From: an uncultured Myxococcales bacterium
GTDB taxonomy: Bacteria > Desulfobacterota > Binatia > UBA1149 > SPBQ01
DNA: 47,905 nt
Reading direction: 5' to 3'
Assembly (NCBI GenBank): GCA_964478045.1
Contig: CAYZHO010000001.1
Coordinates: 18,658-66,562, forward strand
Part shown: positions 27,733 through 36,067 of the stretch, one piece after another
Numbering within the stretch: position 1 is the first letter of the stretch
Layout: each line of letters begins with the position of its first letter
The notes under the pieces: model-generated
The model's input: only the letters and a program-made list of their open reading frames with translations
Told to the model about the DNA's origin: nothing
Databases searched by the model: none
Made by a program: the position numbers and the translations under genes

Positions 27733-29658
27733 ATGACGCGCGAAACGAGCTTCGAGGAACTGATCAAGTCGGACCGGGCCGCCACGATGACCGATCAGTG
27801 GAGGGGCTCCTTTCTCGATTACCTGGAGAAAGTCAAGGAAGACCCCAGCATTCCCAAGCTTGCTCACGCGCGCATCTACGACTTGATCATGGCAGCCGGC
27901 GTCCGCGATCTGCCCGAGCATGAGATGCAGTCCGGGCTGATCGAGGGCGCGACCAAGATCTACAACTTCTTTGCCGACGAGTTCTTCGGAATCGAGAAGA
28001 CGATCTCCCAAATCGTTCGCTACTTTCATTCGGCTGCTCTCAAGGGCGAAGAATCGCGCCAAGTGCTCTACTTGATGGGCCCCGTGGGCTCAGGGAAGTC
28101 TTCGCTGATCGAGAAGATCGAGACGGCGCTCGAAGAGGGACCGCCCTTCTATGCGATCGAGGGGTGCCCGATGCACGAGGAGCCGTTGCACCTCATCCCC
28201 CGGCATCTGCGGAAAGAGTTTTCCAAGATGCTCGGGGTCCATATCGAAGGGGACCTGTGTCCCGTCTGCCGGTTCCGGCTGGAGGAGGAATACGGCGGTC
28301 GCTACGAAGAGGTGCCGGTCGCGACGTATCGGTTCTCCAAACGCCACCGAATCGGTATCGGCGTGGTCCCGCCGGTTGACCCGAACAACCAGGACACGTC
28401 GGTACTGATCGGTAGCGAGGACATTTCAAAGCTCGATCTCTACTCCGAGGGCGATCCGCGCGTGCTCGATCTCAACGGCGCCTTGAACGTCGCCAACCGC
28501 GGCATCTGCGAGTTCATCGAGGTTTTCAAGAACGATACCGAGTATCTGCACGCGATGATCACCGCCACCCAGGAAAAGGTGATCCCCGCTCCCGGGCGCC
28601 ACGGCATGGTTTACGTCGACACCGTGATCGCGGCCCACTCGAACGAAGCGGAATGGCAAAAGTTCCGGGCCGATCACACCAACGAAGCGATCCTCGACAG
28701 GATCGTCGTGATCAAGGTTCCTTACAACCTGCGCCTCTCGGAGGAGGTGAAAATCTACCGGAAGATCATCCAGAACTCGGACTTTCGCGCCCACATTGCG
28801 CCCCACACGCTCGAGATTGCCTCGATGTTCGCAATCCTCTCGCGCCTCGAGCCGACCCCCAAGTGCGACTTGATGACCAAGCTACGCATCTACAACGGCG
28901 AGGAGGTCATCGAGAAAGGCCGGGCCAAGAAGATTGACATCGCGGAGCTTCGAGAAGAAGCCAAGCGCGAGGGGATGGACGGCATCTCCACGCGGTTCAT
29001 CATGAAGGCTCTCGATAACGCCCTGGCCGACAACGCCAGCGGCAACTGCATCAACCCGATCAGTGTTCGGGAGTCGCTCGTGGCCATGGTTCGGGAGTCG
29101 GACTTCCCGGACGACGTCCGCAAGCAGTACCTCGAGTTTCTCCAGGACACGCTGCACAAGGCCTATTTGGAGATTCTCGAGAAAGAAATCACGAAAGCGT
29201 TCGTCTTCTCGTACGAGGAACAGGCCGAGGCATTGTTCCAGAACTACCTCGACCACGCCGAGGCGTTCGTCAACAAGACACGGGTGAAGGATCGGCGAAC
29301 GGGAGAAGAACTCGAACCCGACGAGGCGTTCCTCAAGTCGATCGAGGAGCAGATCGCAATCATTGGGTCAGCGGCGGAAGGCTTCCGGCAGGACGTCATC
29401 TCGTACTTGTGGGCGAGCAGCCGCAGGGGTGTCAAGATCGGCTACACGAGCTATGAACCGCTGCGGCAGGCAATCGAGAAGAAACTCATGTCCTCCGTCC
29501 GCGAGTTGAGCCGGGTGATTACCCGAGCCACCACGCGCGACCGCGAGCAAACTGAAAAGTACGAAGCGATGGTGGCCAACTTACTCGAGAACGGCTATTG
29601 CGAGAACTGCGTCGACACGGTTCTCAAGTACGCTGCGAACAACCTGTGGAAGGACTGA
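27733..29658 (+). CDS. prkA: PrkA/YeaG family AAA+ serine protein kinase
   Basis: Motifs FFGIE, Walker A GPVGSGKS, GCPMHEEPL, NVANRG.EFIE, AHSNEAEW and GISTRF. AAGGAG SD. Confidence 0.95.
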   Translation: MTRETSFEELIKSDRAATMTDQWRGSFLDYLEKVKEDPSIPKLAHARIYDLIMAAGVRDLPEHEMQSGLIEGATKIYNFFADEFFGIEKTISQIVRYFHSAALKGEESRQVLYLMGPVGSGKSSLIEKIETALEEGPPFYAIEGCPMHEEPLHLIPRHLRKEFSKMLGVHIEGDLCPVCRFRLEEEYGGRYEEVPVATYRFSKRHRIGIGVVPPVDPNNQDTSVLIGSEDISKLDLYSEGDPRVLDLNGALNVANRGICEFIEVFKNDTEYLHAMITATQEKVIPAPGRHGMVYVDTVIAAHSNEAEWQKFRADHTNEAILDRIVVIKVPYNLRLSEEVKIYRKIIQNSDFRAHIAPHTLEIASMFAILSRLEPTPKCDLMTKLRIYNGEEVIEKGRAKKIDIAELREEAKREGMDGISTRFIMKALDNALADNASGNCINPISVRESLVAMVRESDFPDDVRKQYLEFLQDTLHKAYLEILEKEITKAFVFSYEEQAEALFQNYLDHAEAFVNKTRVKDRRTGEELEPDEAFLKSIEEQIAIIGSAAEGFRQDVISYLWASSRRGVKIGYTSYEPLRQAIEKKLMSSVRELSRVITRATTRDREQTEKYEAMVANLLENGYCENCVDTVLKYAANNLWKD

Positions 29659-29667
29659 GAGCACGCC

Positions 29668-30840
29668 ATGCCGGCGGTCTTCCGACCACAGCGGCGGGGG
29701 GCGGCCGACCGTAGCGTCGGCGACCGGCTCCGTCACCGCCAGAAGGTCCGCTCTTCGATTCGCGACAACATCGCCGACATTATCGCCGAAGAGTCGATCA
29801 TCGGACAGGCGGGCGATCGCGTCATCAAGGTACCGATCCGCGGAATCAAAGAGTACCGGTTCGTCTACGGCCGCAACGCGCCAGCCGTAGGCGAAGGCGG
29901 CTCTCCCGATCTCGAGCGCGGTCAAGTGATCGGCCAACGCCGTCCCGGCCAAGCTCCGCAACCGGGTCCCGCCGGAGAACGCCCCGGCGTCGACTACTAC
30001 GAAACGGAAGTCACGCTCGAGGAGTTGATCGACATCATGTTCGAAGATCTCGATCTACCCGACCTCGAGCGGAAGCAACTGGCGTCGATCGAATCCTTGC
30101 GAATGACGAAGAGGCGCGGGTACCGCCGGGTGGGATTGCGCGTCCACCTCGACCGCAGGCGTACGGTGAAGCAGAAACTACGGCGGTTGCGGGCAAGTGG
30201 GCGACTGCCCGCCCGCAAGCAGGGCGAGCGCGCGCCGTTTCACCAGCAGGACCTTCGTTACCGGCACCGCACCACCGAGATCCACCGGGAATCCAACGCG
30301 GTGGTTGTGTGCATCATGGATACATCGGGCTCGATGGACACGATCAAGAAGTATCTCGCCCGGAGCTTCTTTTTCCTCCTCTACCAGTTCGTACGCCGCC
30401 GCTACGAGCAGGTGGAAGTCGTCTTCATCGCCCACGACGTAGAGGCGCGCGAGGTAACGGAAGAAGAGTTCTTCCACAAGGGAGAGTCCGGGGGAACGTT
30501 CGTTTCCTCGGGCTATCGAAAGGCGCTCGAAGTAATCGCCGACCGCTACCACCCAGAGCTATGGAATATCTACGTCTTCCACTGTTCGGACGGGGACAAC
30601 TTCGGCTCGGACACCGGCGCCGCCATCCAGGCCGTCCGCGAACTCTGCCAGGTTGCCAACTTGGTCGGCTACGGGGAGATCAAGCCCCGCGGTGCTGGAT
30701 ACTACGGCAGCTCGCTCATCGAAACGTTCCGCAAGATCGACGCCGACAACTTCCACGCCGTGTTGATCGAACGCAAGGAAGACGTGTGGCCTTCGTTCAA
30801 GGCCCTGTTGAGCAAGGAACGGACCGAGCCGGCCGCATGA
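29668..30840 (+). CDS. yeaH: YeaH/YhbH (DUF444) vWA-like protein
   Basis: MIDAS MDTSGSM plus FIAH, GESGGT, WNIY.FHCSDGDN and GYGE. Sits in an operon with prkA. Confidence 0.93.
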   Translation: MPAVFRPQRRGAADRSVGDRLRHRQKVRSSIRDNIADIIAEESIIGQAGDRVIKVPIRGIKEYRFVYGRNAPAVGEGGSPDLERGQVIGQRRPGQAPQPGPAGERPGVDYYETEVTLEELIDIMFEDLDLPDLERKQLASIESLRMTKRRGYRRVGLRVHLDRRRTVKQKLRRLRASGRLPARKQGERAPFHQQDLRYRHRTTEIHRESNAVVVCIMDTSGSMDTIKKYLARSFFFLLYQFVRRRYEQVEVVFIAHDVEAREVTEEEFFHKGESGGTFVSSGYRKALEVIADRYHPELWNIYVFHCSDGDNFGSDTGAAIQAVRELCQVANLVGYGEIKPRGAGYYGSSLIETFRKIDADNFHAVLIERKEDVWPSFKALLSKERTEPAA

Positions 30841-32255
30841 ACGCGTCTCTGCGAGAACTTGAGCAGTGGGACCAGCGGATCAGCGAGCTGGCTGCCGAAA
30901 TGGGACTCGATTGCTTCCCGCAGGAGTTCGAGCTCTGCGATCACCACGAAATGATCGGGTACATGGCCTACTCCGGCATGCCGTCCCACTACCCGCACTG
31001 GTCGTACGGTAAAGCCTACGAAAAGCTCAAGACGCTTTATAAGTACGGCGTCCAGGGCTTGCCTTACGAAATGGTGATCAACTCCAACCCCTGCCTCGCC
31101 TACCTGATGGCTGACAACTCTCTGACCCTCAACGTACTCACGATCGCGCACGTCTACGGTCACAACGACTTCTTCAAGAACAACTTCACGTTCTCATCGA
31201 CGCGGCCCGAGTTCACGATCGCGATGTTCAAGTCGCACGCCGAGCGCGTGCGCAAGTACATCGAAGATCCGAGCATCGGACTGCCGCGGGTCGAGAAAGT
31301 GCTCGACGCGGCGCACGCCCTCGCCTTACAGTGCCGGCGCAACCTGGCGGTGCGCAAGCTCGACCGCGCGCAGCAGGAACGGCGCCTTCTCGAAGCGGCC
31401 AACCCGCCGCCCGACCCATACCGGCGAATACATCCCCCGGCCGACTACCGCGAGCCGGACTTGCGGCGGGTGCCCCTCGAGCCGGAGGAAGACCTTCTCC
31501 CGTTCATACGCGACCACAACCCGTTTCTGTCCGAGTGGGAAAAAGACCTGCTGACGATCGTTCACGAGGAAGCCCTGTACTTCGTACCCCAGATCGAAAC
31601 GAAGATCATGAACGAAGGCTGGGCCAGCTTCTGGCATTACCACATCATGAGCGCTCTCGATCTCCCGGAACCGATGCGCCTGGAGTTTCTCGTCCACCAC
31701 CACCGTGTCCTGCAACCGCACCCGGGGGCTTTCAATCCCTACCACGTGGGTTTCGTATTGTGGGCAGATATCTACGAGCGAGCCGAGGGATCGCCACCGC
31801 ACGACCTCACTCGCGACACCGCCGGCCGTCGCGCCTTGTTCGAAGCGCGCGAGTGCGAGCGGGACCAGTCATTCCTGCGCCGGTTCCTCACTGAAGAGTT
31901 GGTCCGGCGCCTCGGCCTGTTCGAGTACGTGGAACGCCACAAGGATCTAGTCGTAACCGAGGTCGCCGACGAAGCGGGTTGGGAGAAGATCCGCGACACC
32001 CTCATCGCCAACGTTGGAATGGCGACCGTTCCCGTGATCAAAGTAGTTGACGCCGATTACGAAGGGATGCGGTCCCTGAGACTCCGCCACGAGTTCGACG
32101 GTCGCGAGCTCGATCTCGAAAACGCCGAGAAGACGCTTGCGTTCACGTATCGCCTCTGGGGCCGGCCGGTGGTCCTCGATACCGTACTCGACGGAAAACC
32201 GTGCCAGCTCATTTTCAACGACGAAGGGCTATCCCAGCGGAGCTTGCGCCGGTAA
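30837..32255 (+). CDS. spoVR: SpoVR/YcgB family protein
   Basis: Motifs GMPSHYPHWSYGK, YEMVINSNP, AHVYGHNDFFKNN, TKIMNEGWASFWH and NPY. ATGA overlap with yeaH. Confidence 0.95.
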   Translation: MNASLRELEQWDQRISELAAEMGLDCFPQEFELCDHHEMIGYMAYSGMPSHYPHWSYGKAYEKLKTLYKYGVQGLPYEMVINSNPCLAYLMADNSLTLNVLTIAHVYGHNDFFKNNFTFSSTRPEFTIAMFKSHAERVRKYIEDPSIGLPRVEKVLDAAHALALQCRRNLAVRKLDRAQQERRLLEAANPPPDPYRRIHPPADYREPDLRRVPLEPEEDLLPFIRDHNPFLSEWEKDLLTIVHEEALYFVPQIETKIMNEGWASFWHYHIMSALDLPEPMRLEFLVHHHRVLQPHPGAFNPYHVGFVLWADIYERAEGSPPHDLTRDTAGRRALFEARECERDQSFLRRFLTEELVRRLGLFEYVERHKDLVVTEVADEAGWEKIRDTLIANVGMATVPVIKVVDADYEGMRSLRLRHEFDGRELDLENAEKTLAFTYRLWGRPVVLDTVLDGKPCQLIFNDEGLSQRSLRR

Positions 32256-32266
32256 CGGGCAGCTTT

Positions 32267-32749
32267 TCAATCTTCCGGCAACTCTACCAGCACCACAGCG
32301 CGTGCCTCGACCGCCTCACCACGGCCCACCGCGCCGAGGCGCTCGGCCGTTTTCGCCTTGATCGACACGCGGTCTCGCGCACAGTCGAGCACCCCGGCCA
32401 GCCGGGCGCGCATTCTCTCGCGAAAGGCACCGATTCGTGGCTCCTCGAGGACGAGAGTGACGTCCACGTTGACGACCCGCCCGCCTCGCCCGGCCAATAG
32501 CCGCCGCGCTTCGGCAAGAAACGCCATTGAGTCGGCCCCTTTCCAGCGCTCGTCGGTATCGGGGAAGTGCGTTCCGATGTCTCCCGCCGCCATCGCGCCC
32601 AACAGTGCGTCGCACACCGCATGGGCAACCGCATCCCCGTCGGAGTGGCCCACCGCACCGCGCCGGGAGGAAACCTCCACTCCCGCAAGCACAAGCCGGC
32701 GGCCGCTTTCAAGGCGGTGGATATCGTAGCCTTCCCCGACCCTCAACAT
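32267..32749 (-). CDS. ispF: 2-C-methyl-D-erythritol 2,4-cyclodiphosphate synthase
   Basis: Motifs RVGEGYDIH, GHSDGD..HA.CDALLGA, DIGTHFPD and SIKAKT.E.LG. Confidence 0.96.
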   Translation of the reverse strand: MLRVGEGYDIHRLESGRRLVLAGVEVSSRRGAVGHSDGDAVAHAVCDALLGAMAAGDIGTHFPDTDERWKGADSMAFLAEARRLLAGRGGRVVNVDVTLVLEEPRIGAFRERMRARLAGVLDCARDRVSIKAKTAERLGAVGRGEAVEARAVVLVELPED

Positions 32750-32826
32750 GGCGTCCTGCCGCAGGGCGTGTTAGGATTCCGAAATCGCGCGGGCTGGGCA
32801 ATCGCAAGCGTTTGTGAACCGCTCCA

Positions 32827-33924
32827 ATGCACCCTCCGGACGAAGAGACGGTCGGCCTGGCCGACTTCGAAATGGTGGTAGCGGCCCTCCCCGACCCGGT
32901 TTTCGTGCTGTCGGGCGAAGGCCGGATTCGCTACATCAATCCGGCCGCCGAAGCCTTATTGGAGCGCTCGCGCAAGAACCTGCTAGACAAGCCGGTCGAA
33001 GAGGTTTTCCGGTCGGAACCGTGGCTGGTGGCTGCCTTTGAGCGCGCACGGCAGGATCCTGATGCCGGGGTCCGCAGCTTCGGCCGCTTCGGCGACGACC
33101 ATGAAGAGAGCTCGGCCACCGCGACGGCTCTGCACGACCGGCGCGGCCGGACGGTTGGCATTCTCCTGGTGATCCATCGAAGCGTTCGCGGGGGTTGGAG
33201 CCCCCCCGACAAGAACATCCGGGCTCGGCTCGAGGATCTCGACGCCCTGGTCGCCTCGGTCGGTCACGAACTCAACAATCCGCTGTCGGGCATCCGAGGT
33301 GCCGCGCAGATCCTCAGCCGCCGATTGTCCGACGACCCTGGCCTCGCCGAGTATGCGGAAATGATCGTGCGCCAGGTCGATCGGATGAGCGCACTGATCG
33401 AAAAGCTGATGACCCTCGAGGCCCCGGCCCCGCGGATGCAGCCCGTGAATATCCACCGGGTGCTCGACGATGTCGTCATGCTCGCGCGCAGCGACGCCGA
33501 GCGGAAAGGGGTTCGGATCGAGACCGAGTTCGACCCGAGCCTACCAGAGGTCTACGGCGACGCGGGCCAACTCCAACAAGTCTTTCTCAACTTAGTCAAG
33601 AATGCGATCGCCGCCGCTTCCACCCCCGAGGGCTGGGTACAAATTGCCACGCGCATGGAGCACTCGTTCTACGTCGACACGAAAGCCGGACGGGTGCGGT
33701 ATGTGGCGGTCGAAGTAAGCGACAACGGCCCCGGTATCGAAGCGGAGGCCGTGGAAAAAATCTTCACGCCATTCTATTCGGAAACGGCGGGCGGTCGCGG
33801 GATCGGGCTAACGGTTGCACGCAGCATTGTCGCCGCGCACCGGGGGCAGATTCACGTCTCGCGGCACCCGCGCGGAGGCGCATGCTTTCGCGTCAGCCTG
33901 CCGGTGGCGAAGTCGTCCGAATGA
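32827..33924 (+). CDS. ntrB: NtrB-type PAS histidine kinase
   Basis: N-terminal PAS; motifs GHELNNPLSGIRGAAQIL, NIHRVL, FDPSLP, QVFLNLVKNA and DNGPGI. Confidence 0.85.
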   Translation: MHPPDEETVGLADFEMVVAALPDPVFVLSGEGRIRYINPAAEALLERSRKNLLDKPVEEVFRSEPWLVAAFERARQDPDAGVRSFGRFGDDHEESSATATALHDRRGRTVGILLVIHRSVRGGWSPPDKNIRARLEDLDALVASVGHELNNPLSGIRGAAQILSRRLSDDPGLAEYAEMIVRQVDRMSALIEKLMTLEAPAPRMQPVNIHRVLDDVVMLARSDAERKGVRIETEFDPSLPEVYGDAGQLQQVFLNLVKNAIAAASTPEGWVQIATRMEHSFYVDTKAGRVRYVAVEVSDNGPGIEAEAVEKIFTPFYSETAGGRGIGLTVARSIVAAHRGQIHVSRHPRGGACFRVSLPVAKSSE

Positions 33925-35381
33925 ACGAGCCAGCAAAAAGCTCGCACGGGTCGATCTTGGTGGTCGACGACGAAGCAGACGTCCGCCGCGTGATGAGCGA
34001 TGCCCTGGCCGAGGACGGCCACGAGGTCCGTGCCTGCGGCTCCGCCGAAGAGGCGCTGGCGGCGATTGGCAGCGGGCACTACGATCTCGCCTTCGTCGAT
34101 ATCAACCTGCCGGGGATGGGCGGCTTCGAGCTTCTAGAGGCTGTAGGGAGCAGAGAGAACGGTCCCGCCGTGGTTCTTGTGACAGGCCGAACCACTGTCC
34201 GCAACGCCATCGAGGCAACGCGCCGAGGCGCCTACGACTACGTCACCAAGCCGTTCGACTTGGACGCCTTGCGAACGCTCGCCCGGCAGGTGGTCGAGCG
34301 GCGGCGCCTGCAGGCCACGCTCGGCGACCTGCGCGATCGCCTCCGGGCAAGCTACGAGCCAGGGGTCGAAATTGTCGGCAATTCCCCCGCAATGCAGGCC
34401 ATCTATAAGTTGATCGGCCGAGTTGCGGCAACCATGACGACGGTGCTCGTGCAAGGAGAGAGCGGTACCGGCAAGGAACTGATCGCGCGGGCATTGCACG
34501 CCTACTCGGACCGGTGGGAAGGTCCCTTTGTTGCGGTCAACTGCAGCGCGATTCCCGCCGAGCTGCTAGAAAGCGAAATGTTCGGCCACGAGCGCGGCGC
34601 GTTCACCGGCGCGGCGGACAGGCGAATTGGCAAGTTCGAACAAGCCGCCGGCGGCACGCTTTTCCTCGACGAGATTGCGGACCTGCCCGTAACCTTGCAG
34701 GCAAAACTGTTGCGGGTGATCCAGGAGCGAGAGTTCACGCGGGTGGGCGGCAACACGCCGATTCCGGCAGACTGCCGCATCGTCGCGGCAACCAATAGAA
34801 ATTTGGAGCGCGAAGTGGCGGCGGGCCGCTTCCGCGAAGATCTCTACTTCCGGCTGAAAGTCGTTGTCATCGAAGTTCCACCCCTACGCGACCGGCGAGA
34901 AGATATTCCAGCGCTCGTCGAGCACTTCCTCGACAAGATCAATCGCCAGCACAAGTTCGGAATCCGCGGCATCAGCCCCGAAGCGCTCGCGCTTCTCGTC
35001 GACCGGCCATGGCCCGGAAACGTCCGGGAACTCGAGAACACTCTGGTGCGGGCGGCGGCGATGGCACCGAACCGAGTTCTTACCGCTGAGGACTTTCGCT
35101 TCGCCGAGCAACTGCCGATGCGCGCCCCTTCGGACGCCACGGCCGCGGGCGGCATGGTCGAGGAAGCAATCCGCGCGTATCTGGAGAGCTTTGGCGATCG
35201 GCTGCCCGAGGATGTGTACCATCGGGTTGTGCGGTTCGTCGAACGCCCCCTGATCGAGGCGGTCTTGGAGCGCACGGGGGGCAACCAGCTCAAAGCGGCT
35301 GCAATCCTCGGCATCAACCGCAACACGCTGCGCAAGAAGTGCGCCGAGCTTGGCATCGATGTCTCGCGCCGGCGCTCGTGA
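33921..35381 (+). CDS. ntrC: NtrC-type sigma54-dependent response regulator
   Basis: Receiver domain; GESGTGKE, GAFTGA, LFLDEI and WPGNVREL; Fis HTH NQLKAAAILGINRNTLRKK. ATGA overlap with ntrB. Confidence 0.9.
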   Translation: MNEPAKSSHGSILVVDDEADVRRVMSDALAEDGHEVRACGSAEEALAAIGSGHYDLAFVDINLPGMGGFELLEAVGSRENGPAVVLVTGRTTVRNAIEATRRGAYDYVTKPFDLDALRTLARQVVERRRLQATLGDLRDRLRASYEPGVEIVGNSPAMQAIYKLIGRVAATMTTVLVQGESGTGKELIARALHAYSDRWEGPFVAVNCSAIPAELLESEMFGHERGAFTGAADRRIGKFEQAAGGTLFLDEIADLPVTLQAKLLRVIQEREFTRVGGNTPIPADCRIVAATNRNLEREVAAGRFREDLYFRLKVVVIEVPPLRDRREDIPALVEHFLDKINRQHKFGIRGISPEALALLVDRPWPGNVRELENTLVRAAAMAPNRVLTAEDFRFAEQLPMRAPSDATAAGGMVEEAIRAYLESFGDRLPEDVYHRVVRFVERPLIEAVLERTGGNQLKAAAILGINRNTLRKKCAELGIDVSRRRS

Positions 35382-36030
35382 ACCGGCGTGGCTCCCGCCG
35401 GTCTACCCTATCATCAACGTCCGCGATGGCAGCCCGGGCGAGGCCGATCGCGCCGCAGCGCTGATGCAAGCCGTGGCCCAGGCAGGCGCCGGGATTGTCC
35501 AATTGCGCGCCAAAGAGCTTTCGAGCGGAGCCTTTCTAGAGCTCGCGCGCCGTCTGCTGGCCATCGCCGCCCTGAGTGACTGCCGGCTCGTGATCAACGA
35601 TCGCGCCGACATTGCGCTAGCAACCGATGCGGCCGGCGTCCACGTGGGAGACAAGGATCTCGACCCGGAGTCTGTTCGCCGCCTCATCGGTCCCCGGCGG
35701 CTGCTCGGATACTCTACGCACTCTCCGGAACAGGCTGCCGCGACGAGCCGGTTGCCCGTGGACTACGTCGGATTCGGCCCTGTGTTTGCAAGCCCCACCA
35801 AGCCCGGCGAACGCAAGCCCCGCGGCCTTTCCGTTCTGGCGGCAGCCTGCCGCGCGTGTCCACACCCGGTCGTTGCCATCGGTGGGCTTACGCTCGAGCG
35901 GGCGGTTTCGGCATGGAAGGCAGGAGCCGCCTCCGTAGCGATCGTCTCCGACCTAGCAACGAGCCGAGATCCTGCCCGCCTTCTGGTCGAGTATCTCGAG
36001 GTGGGCGCGCGCCTGCGGCGCCGAGTCTAG
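35359..36030 (+). CDS. thiE: Thiamine-phosphate synthase
   Basis: Motifs VQLRAK, INDRADIA, GVHVG, GYSTH, DYVGFGPVFASPTK and VAIGG. Confidence 0.93.
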   Translation: MSRAGAREPAWLPPVYPIINVRDGSPGEADRAAALMQAVAQAGAGIVQLRAKELSSGAFLELARRLLAIAALSDCRLVINDRADIALATDAAGVHVGDKDLDPESVRRLIGPRRLLGYSTHSPEQAAATSRLPVDYVGFGPVFASPTKPGERKPRGLSVLAAACRACPHPVVAIGGLTLERAVSAWKAGAASVAIVSDLATSRDPARLLVEYLEVGARLRRRV

Positions 36031-36067
36031 GATCCGTACGGGGGGATCCTAGTCGAAAGGAGCCGGA

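Noticed and set aside
30309-30836. N-terminal extension of SpoVR suggesting a fusion or frameshift with YeaH
   Set aside because: Alternative frame inside yeaH. An ATGA overlap at 30837 gives a normal start.
33195-33920. Extended NtrC (728-aa call)
   Set aside because: Off-frame read within ntrB. The receiver domain starts at ATG 33921.
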